Positions 39,787 to 57,566 of a DNA stretch of 64,000 nucleotides are shown piece by piece. The notes beneath the pieces were generated by a model. That model saw nothing but the letters and a program-made list of their open reading frames with translations, was not told where the DNA came from and searched no databases. The DNA comes from Eledone cirrhosa (Eukaryota): assembly GCA_964016885.1 (NCBI GenBank), contig OZ024741.1:379006001-379070000 (forward strand). The letters are read 5' to 3'. A program made the translations under genes and the position numbers. Numbering within the stretch: position 1 is the first letter of the stretch; each line of letters begins with the position of its first letter.

Positions 39787-40870
39787 CGTGTGTGTGTGTG
39801 GTTAGGGCGGATATATTTTGAATATTGCAATGACTGCATTTCTGATTATTTAGGAGATTTCTTTATTATTATGGTTTTATAATTTTGTTTATTTCTAACC
39901 AGTTTTAGCTGTTTTATTAAATATTATAAATGTTGCTTTGACAACGTAGTGTAACATGTTCTTCAATACGTAATCTATAAGTTTTAACGAAGACTTGCTC
40001 AACATTCTGAGCAGTGGGATGAATCCTGTCCACACATGATTTTAACGTGATATATTTAAACACTCCGCGATTTCTACAGGAGCGTTCTAGGAACGTAAAA
40101 ACACCATATAAACTATCACATATCTCCGCCCGACTAATAAATATAAATATCGCTTGCGTTAAACTTCATGTGTGTGTGTGTTTCTGTATTATTTGCGTGT
40201 GTATGAATACATGTCTATATGCATGTATGTGTTCGCTTGTGTGGCGTGCGATACCACTCCCAGAGATATACATATTGCTTTTGTGTGTGTTGCTATTCAC
40301 ATTTCTCTTCTGCATAAATATAGGATGTATATGATAAAGTTGTAACCCATGACATTATGATCTCACAGGTCATTAGTATATCAGCTGAAGTCAGACTTAA
40401 CGTATAACCTCATTATTATAAAGCAAACTACAATTGAGTAAATATTCAAAGTTAATTGTTAATCCTGTAAACCAACCAGAACACATTACCATTGAACCAG
40501 CTAAACGTTAAATCCATCCATCACCATTCAGCACCCATCGGAATCTGCAGCGTCTTTCAAACGAAAGGAGTAAAATGATGGGAAATACTAACGTCTGAAA
40601 TGACCATTAAATAAGAAATAATTTCAAGGATTTTCCAATAAATTGAGCAATAGTTGATAAAAATGTTCAGATTGATTTAATGGTTTCAGAGCCTCATGGA
40701 AAGATATACTTAGTCCCCATAAACTATTAATGATACTGTTGTTTCATGCTGTCTGGTTAGTATTGTCTGTATATAATCCCATTTCAGAAATGATTAAAAA
40801 ATGTGATTAAATATGTTCAATCCATTATCAGCTCTTCTTCTTACCCCGTCCACAGCGAAGTAAGGAACCT

Positions 40871-41017
40871 TTAGCTAATAAGCTTGACACTAGTACAACG
40901 TTCCTTTGTCAGTGTTGAACAAACGAGCAACGATGGTTGCTAGACACTACGGCTTAATACGGGATGTTTGTTTACAAACACACCGAGCATTATAACAAAT
41001 GTTAGGTAAATCAATAC

Positions 41018-41064
<47 letters not shown>

Positions 41065-41492
41065 CATGTATGTATATATATATATACATACTACTGTACG
41101 TCTGTATACATATATGTGTGTACGTGTGCATACTTATATTTAAGTAACAGCCGTACTAAGAGTGGGAAATGAAATTTCGTTTCATTTTTTCCGTTTATCG
41201 TTTTCGGTGCACCCGGCCGATTAACCCGCTCGATATGCAAATTGGGCTACTCAGCCGTTAATATGCATAAGGTAAGTATATACGTTCAACAATCTGGCAG
41301 GAAGGTATACGTTGCTGACGATAGCTAATAAGCTTGACACTAGTACAGCGTTCCTTTGTCAGTGTTGAACAAACGAGCAACGATGGTTACTAGACACTAC
41401 GGCTTAATACGGGATGTTTGTTATAATTCTCGGTGTGTTTGTTTACAAACACACCGAGCATTATAACAAATCTTCGGTGAATCCATACGTAC
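40871..41492 (+). mobile_element. 424-bp family retrozyme-like copy (~1.4 units) with inactivated HHRs
   Basis: Reverse complement of the 20047 array; CTGACGA at 41315 but GACA replaces GAAA in both units. Confidence 0.85.
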
Positions 41493-41511
41493 AAAGTAAT
41501 TTGGAGATAAT

Positions 41512-42017
41512 TATAAAGAATTAGTATATCTGCCAACTAGTTCATAGTAACAGTCCGGCTGCTGTCTTCTTAAGAAACGACTCTACACTGATTGACTTCG
41601 ATGTCACGTGATTGATTCTTTTGAATTTACCACCGACGCAGTAGGCAGTGATTTTGTCAATGGCTTGGAACTTAGTCCACGCTTTGCTTCTTTCCATCCA
41701 CTGAATTATTTTTGTATAAGTTCCCTGTGTCCACGTATTGCCTGGAAACTTAGCTGAAAATAGACTTCCCTGGTGACGAAAGGCTTCTCCGTACGTTTCT
41801 TCGAAAACTATGTTTATTCCCTTTCAGAAACTAATTAGTTGGAGTGAAATTTTAGTAAGTAAGTTAATTTTTATAATTTTCTTATTTTACGTCTCTCATA
41901 TTATTGTTCTGCATCCCCATGCATTGAACCACAAAGTTACTAAGACAAAACCTATATATTTGCTGGCATAGGTATGCATCTGTATATATATGTTGGCAGA
42001 TATACTAATTCTTTATA
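41512..42017. repeat. ~500-bp segment bounded by perfect 26-bp inverted repeats
   Basis: TATAAAGAATTAGTATATCTGCCAAC (41512-41537) and reverse complement (41992-42017). Confidence 0.8.
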
Positions 42018-42029
42018 TATATATATACA

Positions 42030-43725
42030 ACTCGCCCTGAAGAACCTACGGAATTGGGAACTTATATACTTACCATCCGACAAAGGTAAAGAGTCTTGCG
42101 TCATCTCTCAAGCCACATACAATAACCTAGCCTTAAAACGCCTAAGCGACAATGAATTATACACAGAGATCCCGGACATGACTGCAGCCCAGATCGAAAA
42201 ACAGAACAACTCCATTTGGTTCGATATCTGTAGGAGAAGACAACTCCCAAATAAAATTAAGCTCAACTACACCACTAGAAATAGCAGACTGCCCACTTTC
42301 TACCACCTCATCAAGACCCACAAGAATAGTACTAAGACGCAAATAAGACCCATCGTCTCTAGCATAGAAGGACCCCTATACACAATTTCCTGGCTCCTCT
42401 CCCAGGTCCTCAAGCCTCTACTCTCCACCTTTCCCGCGCATGTCAGTAGCTCCGACGAAGTTATACGTAGACTACACCAACTCTAGCCAGAACAACTTAA
42501 ACTAAATAAATACGCTTTTAGCCTAGACGTTGTTTCCCCCTACACGACAGTACCCGCTCATCCAGCTGTCGATTTATTGACGGACTGCGTGGTCGCAGAG
42601 GACATCCACTGCTACGGCCTCCACCCGACGGACATACACCAGCTTTTGTCCTTCACAGTAGACAACAGGTACTTCACCTTCCACCATCACACATACAGAC
42701 AGACAACAGGATTACCCATGGGATCCAGCCTATCGGGCCTGCTGGCCATCACCTACATGAACCAGCTAGAATGCCGAACCCTCAACACCTGCCATTCCCA
42801 TGCCTTCTTCACCCGATATGTAGATTACATACGCATCCTTACATCATCCCGTGAGGAGGCAGATAAAATATACACAACATTCTCCAGCATGGACGCCAGT
42901 ATAAAGTTCAGCATGGAACACCCCGATGACCGGGGATCCCTATCCCTACTGGACTTCCAACTCAGGGTAACAGAGGAAGGCAACATCCACACTTGCTTCA
43001 ATAAAAAAGCCGCCAGCAGGGACCTGTTCGTACATTTCAGATCGGCCCTCCCACTCGGGGCCAAGTTCGGATACATAAGGAACGAACTGGCACGTATCCG
43101 GAACAAATGCACCGACGCTAGAGACCGAGACGCACACACCACACATTTCCTGGAAGTACTCAAACTGAACGGATACACGAGATCCACCACAAACCGTGCC
43201 AGAAAGAACAGAGGACACCACACCCGAGGCACTAACACTTGCTTCCTGAAGCTCCCACACTTCAGTGAAGAAACAACAACAGCCATCTGCAGAGCCATCA
43301 GACGAGAGGGACTAGATATCCAACTGGCCCACTCAGGTCCTTCTCTACGCGGACAGCTAACCAAAAGACACTCCACCAGACATGGCAACTGCTGCAGACT
43401 AGCCAACTGCCCCATCAACGACACAGACCTCTGCCACCAGGCTTACGTCGTATACAGGCTGGAGTGTGACAAATGCAACAACTTCTACGTAGGTAGCACC
43501 ATCTGACCACTCCACATAAGAATAAAAGAACACCTCAATACTAACGCTTCCTCATTTAAGAAACACCTAGTTAAATGCAAAAACACCGACAAAACCATAA
43601 CAGTTAGGATAGAAACTAAGGAAAGAAACCTCGGCAAACTTAGAATTAAGGAAGCACTAATTATAGATAAAACACAACCACCAATCAATAATAGACTAGA
43701 AGTCAACACCCAATTTATAACCTGA
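42030..43725 (+). pseudogene. Penelope-like element (Nematis-like) RT and GIY-YIG, 5'-truncated
   Basis: LPSDKG, FYHLIKTHK...IRPIVS, SLDVVS, GLPMGSSLSG, TRYVDY, VVYRLECDKCNNFYVGSTI*PLHIRIKEH...IKEALII...IN. Confidence 0.92.
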
Positions 43726-44123
43726 TAGGGCTTCTAGCCCCATATTTACACACACCCCACACATACACACGCACGCGCACACACACGCACGCTTACACCT
43801 CCACTTATTCTCTCTCACACATACACACACAAAACCAGTTCTAACACCAGTTAACACCTATCCCCCACATTTACGAATAGACTTATCTTCTCATACTCAC
43901 ACACACACACACTCACATACTTACACTTTCATGCATTCTCCCACACACTTAAACAGGCATGTATATAAAAAAAACAAAAAAACCCTAAACAAACCCCTTT
44001 TAAAGGGAGACTACTCTTTATCCACCTAATTTTAACTCTTTGACATTAGAGATAGAACAGATACTCTATACTATTTCCTGTCAGCATGGCTTGGCAAGAT
44101 ATTTAGAACGCTGGTTTGAGACC

Positions 44124-44179
44124 TTTATTTCACTCTGAAGAAGAGATATTATCTCGAAAATTTAGGACATTTAAATAAA
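44124..44179 (+). ncRNA. Probable hammerhead ribozyme in the pLTR of the upstream PLE
   Basis: CTGAAGA-A-GAGAT-ATT-ATCTC-GAAA with good stem II; stems I and III weak. Confidence 0.5.
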
Positions 44180-44286
44180 TCTAAGGTAAAAGACGATTTG
44201 TCAACAATATCTTTTGCAATTGCATTCTTTTTTTTTTATCTCTGTCCATACCTGCATTGTTTTGGCTTTATTATACATATTCAAAC

Positions 44287-44331
<45 letters not shown>

Positions 44332-44432
44332 AAATTAGGATAATCAAAATTATGGGTGTCATGCCAGAAAGATATGCGCTATATCACCCGCAAAATAAGC
44401 TCTAAGATTCTAACGAATAGGTCCGAGCATTT

Positions 44433-45000
44433 TATAATAACTAGAAATTGATTAACATATAAATAAACATGAATAATCACAGGAGATAATGTTTACAAGT
44501 GTGTCAGCACACATAGCTAGGTAGGTAACTAAATAAATTTTGATTATCTTAATTTTGGATATAGATATATAAATACGGCTCCTTAATTGTAGATCTAACT
44601 CTGTTGAAAGGATTTGACTGCTCTCTCTAGTTGTCGATAACCCTATTCACGCCACTGTGACTAAGCTGGTATGATGTGTGTATTTCCAGTAGATACAGCA
44701 CGTGTTGCTGGCCAGTCGCTGATTTGAACTTGAAGTGTAAACATAGATCGCTGGACTTCTTCCTTGTTGAAAATACAAGTACCGGCCTCCACGGTTTACC
44801 ATTCGATTAAATGGTTAAATATATATTTTTTAATGGAATATATACAGGGAAGATTAATCATATTATAAGGTATCTATTTTTGAAGTTCTGGTTAACTTTA
44901 TTTAGTTACCTACCTAGCTATGTGTGCTTACACACTTGGAAAAATTATCTCCTGTGATTATTCATGTTTATTTATATGTTAATCAATTTCTAGTTATTAT
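44433..45000. repeat. ~105-bp inverted repeats
   Basis: 44433-44537 vs 44897-45000; a second short IR at 44325-44351/44536-44562. Confidence 0.85.
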
Positions 45001-45006
45001 ATATAT

Positions 45007-45071
<65 letters not shown>

Positions 45072-46598
45072 TATATATATTATATATATAATTTTATATA
45101 TATTATATTATATATATATGTTTATACATATTATATATTTTTCAAGCCAAAACCTTAAAAAAGTTTTTTAAATGTTTAATTTTCAATTTTCTGTTTGTTC
45201 AATTCTCAATCTTCTTACTCTTTAATTTTATAATGTTATTCTGAAATCTTTCAACTTCATCCTATAAATTTAAACAATATTTTAACGTTCCAACATTCTG
45301 TCGGACTGTTGGGTTGGTTTTCCTGGCGGCGGGACCGGCTCCCTAGCGCATAGGCCTACCTTGAGTGCCTGGAAATAAAAATGTCCCCTTCTTTCGGTAA
45401 ATGAAACTACTCGGAGAGGCTTCATTCGCCCCAGGACCCGGCTCGCAGCCGGCTTTTTTAACCGCCATATAGTACCTTTAAATTACAGATATAATCATAA
45501 CTATTAGATGTATCACGCCTCCCTCTACTTAAGCAAATCCCTCTCCTGGGTAAAGGAATAGTACTGGTTTTGTACAAGAATGGCCTAACGATGCGGGCTG
45601 ATTCCTGCTGGCGCAACTGAAGCCTGTTATACATTCCTAGAGTGCTCGGAAAAATCGATTTCCATAGATTTCGCTAGGCGATATCACTCGGAGTGATGGG
45701 CTGCCCAAGCTTGTAGTCGCCGCATGCTGTTTGACGGCTAAACAAAGACATAATCTTTACTCTATAATAAAATGTAAGTGTCTTCATAAAAGTCTCTTTC
45801 TTTGCTTAAACCTCGCGACCTTAAAACTGTTAAACTGTTTAACTTTATATTTTCTAATTTCTTTAATTTTATAATGTTAATATTAAATATAAATTTTTTA
45901 ACTTCATCCTATAAGTCTAAAAAAAAGTAACGTTCCAATCTTCTGGTCACGCATTATAACACACTGACCCCCAATATATTTACCTCTGCTAAGATACGGG
46001 TCCCTTTGAACATTTTTTTCGCGCCATTCCTGGCCTGACTATAGTCTGACATTAATATCGACCTTTCTTCCTCTTTCTTTCTATCTTTCTTCTTGTAGCC
46101 ATCAACCCTGACTTTTCTTCTTCTTCCTTTTCTTCCTTCTCTTCTCCCTTCTTTCTGTCTTCCTCCCGCTGACTTATCTTCCTTCCCCTTTTTGTTTGCC
46201 TATGTTTGACCGGTAGTAGTTGTTAAGATACGGGTCCCTTAGACTAAACATTTTTTCGCGACATTCCTGGGCTGACTGTAATACCGACCTTTCCTCCTCT
46301 TTCTTTCTGTCTTTCTTCTTATAGCCGACATTAACCCGGGCTTCTTTTCTTCTTCCTTCCCCCTTCTTCTCTATTCTTTCTTTCTGTCTATTTTCTTGTG
46401 GCATGATATTAACGCTAACTTATGTTCCTATCCCTTTCTATTTTCCTTTATTTGACCGGTAGTAGCACACTGTAAGCTTTAGCCATGTCAGTCGAGGGCG
46501 ACCGGCAAAGCTAGAAGATGATGGATGGCGGTCGCCCTCGGTTCTTTGATTTTCAGCCCCATGGATTTTATCTATTACATTCACGTATTATATTTCGA

Positions 46599-46656
46599 AT
46601 ACCTGATGATATCACCGGATTCATACGGAACCCGTTCATTGAAATGATCATAGTAT
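46599..46656 (+). ncRNA. Type I hammerhead ribozyme
   Basis: ATAC-CTGATGA-(31 nt incl. CGGATTC/GAACCCG)-GAAA-TGATCA-TA-GTAT; palindromic stem III ATGATCAT; AATAAA follows, then TA tract. Confidence 0.7.
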
Positions 46657-46709
46657 AATAAACCTTTCAAGGAGTTACACAAATCCAGCCTCCTGTCATT
46701 TCATTATAA

Positions 46710-46822
46710 TATGTTTATATATATATATATTTATCTATATAAATATACATATGTGTGTGTGTATATATATATATGGTGAATTTCTTTTAAGTCGTTTGGA
46801 TAAATATATATATATATATAAT

Positions 46823-46867
<45 letters not shown>

Positions 46868-46868
46868 T

Positions 46869-46910
<42 letters not shown>

Positions 46911-46962
46911 AAGTAATATATATATATATATATTTATATTAATATATATATATATATAATAA

Positions 46963-47000
<38 letters not shown>

Positions 47001-47008
47001 ATATATTA

Positions 47009-47039
<31 letters not shown>

Positions 47040-47160
47040 AATATATATATATTAATATTAATATATATATATATATATTAATATTAATATATATATATAT
47101 ATATTAATATATATATATATATATATATTAATATTAATATATATATATATATATATATTA

Positions 47161-47191
<31 letters not shown>

Positions 47192-47198
47192 AATATAT

Positions 47199-47229
<31 letters not shown>

Positions 47230-47547
47230 TAATATTAATATATATATATATATATTAATATATATATATATTATATATATATAATTGTTTCTACTTTAGG
47301 CACAAGGCCACCAATTACCCAGTGCATTACTGGTACTTTATTTTATCGACCCCGTAATGATGAAAGGCAAAGTCAACCTCGGCGGGATTTGAACTCAGAT
47401 AGTAAAGGGACGTAACTATGCTGGAAAACATGGCGTCCGACCCTCTACCGATACTGCCAATCCACTGCCATATATTATATATATATATAATATATATATA
47501 TATATATAATATATACATATATAATATATATATATATAATATATATT

Positions 47548-47579
<32 letters not shown>

Positions 47580-47650
47580 ATATATATTTATATATATATA
47601 TAATATATATTTATATATATATATATATTTATATATATATAATATATATT

Positions 47651-47686
<36 letters not shown>

Positions 47687-47695
47687 ATATATATT

Positions 47696-47746
<51 letters not shown>

Positions 47747-47773
47747 ATATATAATATATATTTATTTATATTT

Positions 47774-47830
<57 letters not shown>

Positions 47831-47836
47831 ATATAT

Positions 47837-47900
<64 letters not shown>
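46710..47900. repeat. Degenerate (TA)n block
   Basis: Visible directly; interrupted by a SINE. Confidence 0.95.
47283..47470 (-). mobile_element. tRNA-derived SINE, full length, inserted in TA tract
   Basis: Near-identical to the 24365 copy. Confidence 0.9.
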
Positions 47901-47902
<2 letters not shown>

Positions 47903-50900
47903 TGGAATAAATGCTCTGAAATAGCGATATATATGTGAATATAGACATAGAATATTCGAAAATATTCTGTATGTTTATAATAAACATTTTGAAGACCTAA
48001 TCGCTATAGAATAGAATACGTCACGTATTACAATTAGATTCTCGATAAAAGCAAGGGAAGTAATCTACGCGTTTCATTCTTGTTAGAAATCATCAGGACT
48101 ACATATCCAGTGCTTTTATCGAGAATGACACAGCTAGAGACTTATAGAATACTTAGCTGTGTACAGGAACTGGTTTGAAAGAGCGGTTGCCGGTCCGGCA
48201 GAAATTAGAAATTGGAATAAATGCTCTGAAATAGCGATATATATGTGAATATAGACATAGAATATTCGAAAATATTCTGTATGTTTATAATAAACATTTT
48301 GAAGACCTAATCGCTATAGAATAGAATACGTCACGTATTACAATTAGATTCTCGATAAAAGCAAGGGAAGTAATCTACGCGTTTCATTCTTGTTAGAAAT
48401 CATCAGGACTACATATCCAGTGCTTTTATCGAGAATGACACAGCTAGAGACTTATAGAATACTTAGCTGTGTACAGGAACTGGTTTGAAAGAGCGGTTGC
48501 CGGTCCGGCAGAAATTAGAAATTGGAATAAATGCTCTGAAATAGCGATATATATGTGAATATAGACATAGAATATTCGAAAATATTCTGTATGTTTATAA
48601 TAAACATTTTGAAGACCTAATCGCTATAGAATAGAATACGTCACGTATTACAATTAGATTCTCGATAAAAGCAAGGGAAGTAATCTACGCGTTTCATTCT
48701 TGTTAGAAATCATCAGGACTACATATCCAGTGCTTTTATCGAGAATGACACAGCTAGAGACTTATAGAATACTTAGCTGTGTACAGGAACTGGTTTGAAA
48801 GAGCGGTTGCCGGTCCGGCAGAAATTAGAAATTGGAATAAATGCTCTGAAATAGCGATATATATGTGAATATAGACATAGAATATTCGAAAATATTCTGT
48901 ATGTTTATAATAAACATTTTGAAGACCTAATCGCTATAGAATAGAATACGTCACGTATTACAATTAGATTCTCGATAAAAGCAAGGGAAGTAATCTACGC
49001 GTTTCATTCTTGTTAGAAATCATCAGGACTACATATCCAGTGCTTTTATCGAGAATGACACAGCTAGAGACTTATAGAATACTTAGCTGTGTACAGGAAC
49101 TGGTTTGAAAGAGCGGTTGCCGGTCCGGCAGAAATTAGAAATTGGAATAAATGCTCTGAAATAGCGATATATATGTGAATATAGACATAGAATATTCGAA
49201 AATATTCTGTATGTTTATAATAAACATTTTGAAGACCTAATCGCTATAGAATAGAATACGTCACGTATTACAATTAGATTCTCGATAAAAGCAAGGGAAG
49301 TAATCTACGCGTTTCATTCTTGTTAGAAATCATCAGGACTACATATCCAGTGCTTTTATCGAGAATGACACAGCTAGAGACTTATAGAATACTTAGCTGT
49401 GTACAGGAACTGGTTTGAAAGAGCGGTTGCCGGTCCGGCAGAAATTAGAAATTGGAATAAATGCTCTGAAATAGCGATATATATGTGAATATAGACATAG
49501 AATATTCGAAAATATTCTGTATGTTTATAATAAACATTTTGAAGACCTAATCGCTATAGAATAGAATACGTCACGTATTACAATTAGATTCTCGATGAAA
49601 GCAAGGGAAGTAATCTACGCGTTTCATTCTTGTTAGAAATCATCAGGACTACATATCCAGTGCTTTTATCGAGAATGACACAGCTAGAGACTTATAGAAT
49701 ACTTAGCTGTGTACAGGAACTGGTTTGAAAGAGCGGTTGCCGGTCCGGCAGAAATTAGAAATTGGAATAAATGCTCTGAAATAGCGATATATATGTGAAT
49801 ATAGACATAGAATATTCGAAAATATTCTGTATGTTTATAATAAACATTTTGAAGACCTAATCGCTATAGAATAGAATACGTCACGTATTACAATTAGATT
49901 CTCGATAAAAGCAAGGGAAGTAATCTACGCGTTTCATTCTTGTTAGAAATCATCAGGAACATATCCAGTGCTTTTATCGAGAATGACACAGCTAGAGACT
50001 TATAGAATACTTAGCTGTGTACAGGAACTGGTTTGAAAGAGCGGTTGCCGGTCCGGCAGAAATTAGAAATTGGAATAAATGCTCTTAAATAGCGATATAT
50101 ATGTGAATATAGACATAGAATATTCGAAAATATTCTGTATGTTTATAATAAACATTTTGAAGACCTAATCGCTATAGAATAGAATACGTCACGTATTACA
50201 ATTAGATTCTCGATAAAAGCAAGGGAAGTAATCTACGCGTTTCATTCTTGTTAGAAATCATCAGGACTACATATCCAGTGCTTTTATCGAGAATGACACA
50301 GCTAGAGACTTATAGAATACTTAGCTGTGTACAGGAACTGGTTTGAAAGAGCGGTTGCCGGTCCGGCAGAAATTAGAAATTGGAATAAATGCTCTGAAAT
50401 AGCGATATATATGTGAATATAGACATAGAATATTCGAAAATATTCTGTATGTTTATAATAAACATTTTGAAGACCTAATCGCTATAGAATAGAATACGTC
50501 ACGTATTACAATTAGATTCTCGATAAAAGCAAGGGAAGTAATCTACGCGTTTCATTCTTGTTAGAAATCATCAGGACTACATATCCAGTGCTTTTATCGA
50601 GAATGACACAGCTAGAGACTTATAGAATACTTAGCTGTGTACAGGAACTGGTTTGAAAGAGCGGTTGCCGGTCCGGCAGAAATTAGAAATTGGAATAAAT
50701 GCTCTGAAATAGCGATATATATGTGAATATAGACATAGAATATTCGAAAACTTTCTGTATGTTTATAATAAACATTTTGAAGACCTAATCGCTATAGAAT
50801 AGAATACGTCACGTATTACAATTAGATTCTCGATGAAAGCAAGGGAAGTAATCTACGCGTTTCATTCTTGTTAGAAATCATCAGGACTACATATCCAGTG

Positions 50901-51416
50901 CTTTTATCGAGAATGACACAGCTAGAGACTTATAGAATACTTAGCTGTGTCCAGGAACTGGTTTGAAAGAGCGGTTGCCGGTCCGGCAGAAATTAGAAAT
51001 TGGAATAAATGCTCTGAAATAGCGATATATATGTGAATATAGACATAGAATATTCGAAAATATTCTGTATGTTTATAATAAACATTTTGAAGACCTAATC
51101 GCTATAGAATAGAATACGTCACGTATTACAATTAGATTCTCGATAAAAGCAAGGGAAGTAATCTACGCGTTTCATTCTTGTTAGAAATCATCAGGACTAC
51201 ATATCCAGTGCTTTTATCGAGAATGACACAGCTAGAGACTTATAGAATACTTAGCTGTGTACAGGAACTGGTTTGAAAGAGCGGTTGCCGGTCCGGCAGA
51301 AATTAGAAATTGGAATAAATGCTCTGAAATAGCGATATATATGTGAATATAGACATAGAATATTCGAAAATATTCTGTATGTTTATAATAAACATTTTGA
51401 AGACCTAATCGCTATA
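47901..51416 (-). mobile_element. Retrozyme-like tandem array, 310-bp unit, 11 full copies plus ~107-bp partial
   Basis: Unit starts 47901, 48211, 48521, 48831, 49141, 49451, 49761, 50069, 50379, 50689, 50999, 51309; near-identical; one minus-strand HHR per unit; no ORF. Confidence 0.9.
48038..48126 (-). ncRNA. Type I hammerhead ribozyme, 310-bp family (first of 11 copies)
   Basis: Minus core 48102-48060: GTAGTC-CTGATGA-TTTCT-AACA-AGAAT-GAAA-CGCG-TA-GATTAC; stem I extended by 16-bp ATTCTCGATAAAAGCA/TGCTTTTATCGAGAAT. Confidence 0.9.
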
Positions 51417-51468
51417 TATATATATATATATTATATATATATATTATATATATATTATATATATATTA

Positions 51469-51522
<54 letters not shown>

Positions 51523-51531
51523 TATATATAT

Positions 51532-51581
<50 letters not shown>

Positions 51582-51621
51582 TATATATATTGATATATAT
51601 ATATAATATATATATATATAT

Positions 51622-51659
<38 letters not shown>

Positions 51660-51697
51660 TATATATTGATATATATATATAATATATATATATATAT

Positions 51698-51741
<44 letters not shown>

Positions 51742-51781
51742 TATATATATTGATATATATATATAATATATATATATATAT

Positions 51782-52066
51782 AATCATCATTCATCTTTTA
51801 AATGCAAACTTAAAAGAACTAACACTGCTCTCTCAGAACTCATATGGTCCTTAAAAGACAAAAACATTAAATATACCATCTTTTGGAAGAAGATTTCTGC
51901 TGCATCCTCATACTTGGACAGCTCTCTATCTAAAATCTGTAATCTCTGCCTAAATGAAAAATTTACCATTATCTCTAACCTAGATTCTATAATAAATAGA
52001 CGCTCAGATTTGTTTTCTATCTGCCTGCATAAATTCCATAGAACTTTTCACAAAGTATACAGTTAA
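51782..52066 (+). pseudogene. PLE (Naiad-like) GIY-YIG C-terminal fragment, absent from the ORF track
   Basis: Open frame [35 protein letters not shown]...CNLCLNEKFTI...NRRSDLFSICLH...*, aligning with the 9180-9488 translation. Confidence 0.85.
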
Positions 52067-54213
<2,147 letters not shown>

Positions 54214-54299
54214 GGAAAGTTATACTTAAATTTTTGGGTTACAACTAGTAAATATTTATAACTGATATAAAAGCACTCGACAAGTATTTGGAGTATATT

Positions 54300-54662
54300 T
54301 ACAATATTAAATAAATGGAAACTATATTTATATAACCATATGTATTTCATTATATATATTTCAGGGATATCATATTAACAATATGCTATGCCTTCCTCAG
54401 ACAAAATACAATATAAACAGTTTTATAGATAAATAGATTTGACATACCGTAACAACATCGACTTGTATTTGACTTGCCAATTCAACTTTTCAAATACAAG
54501 TCGATGTTGTTACGGTATGTCAAATCTATTTATCTATAAAACTGTTTATATTGTATTTTGTCTGAGGAAGGCATAGCATATTGTTAATATGATATCCCTG
54601 AAATATATATAAGGAAATAAATATGGTTTTATAAATATATTTTCCGTTTATTTAATATTGTA
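54300..54662. repeat. Long palindrome (173-bp arms, 17-bp spacer) with an HHR in each arm
   Basis: Arms 54300-54472 / 54490-54662. Confidence 0.9.
54341..54410 (-). ncRNA. Type I hammerhead ribozyme, palindrome family
   Basis: Minus: TGTATTTTGT-CTGAGGA-AGGCATAGCATATTGTTAATATGATATCCCT-GAAA-TATATA-TA-ATGAAATACA; mirror copy on plus at 54552-54621. Confidence 0.8.
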
Positions 54663-54686
54663 TTTATATATATATATATTTATATT

Positions 54687-54721
<35 letters not shown>

Positions 54722-54724
54722 ATT

Positions 54725-54799
<75 letters not shown>

Positions 54800-54898
54800 A
54801 TATATATATATGCAAAGTTTTATTTAAATTGTTGGGTTAACAACGAGTAAATATTTATAACTGATATAAAAGCACTCAACAAGTATTTGGAATATATT

Positions 54899-57565
<2,667 letters not shown>

Positions 57566-57566
<1 letters not shown>

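Noticed and set aside
47901-51416. CRISPR array or plain centromeric satellite
   Set aside because: No unique spacers or cas genes; eukaryotic context; each unit carries an HHR
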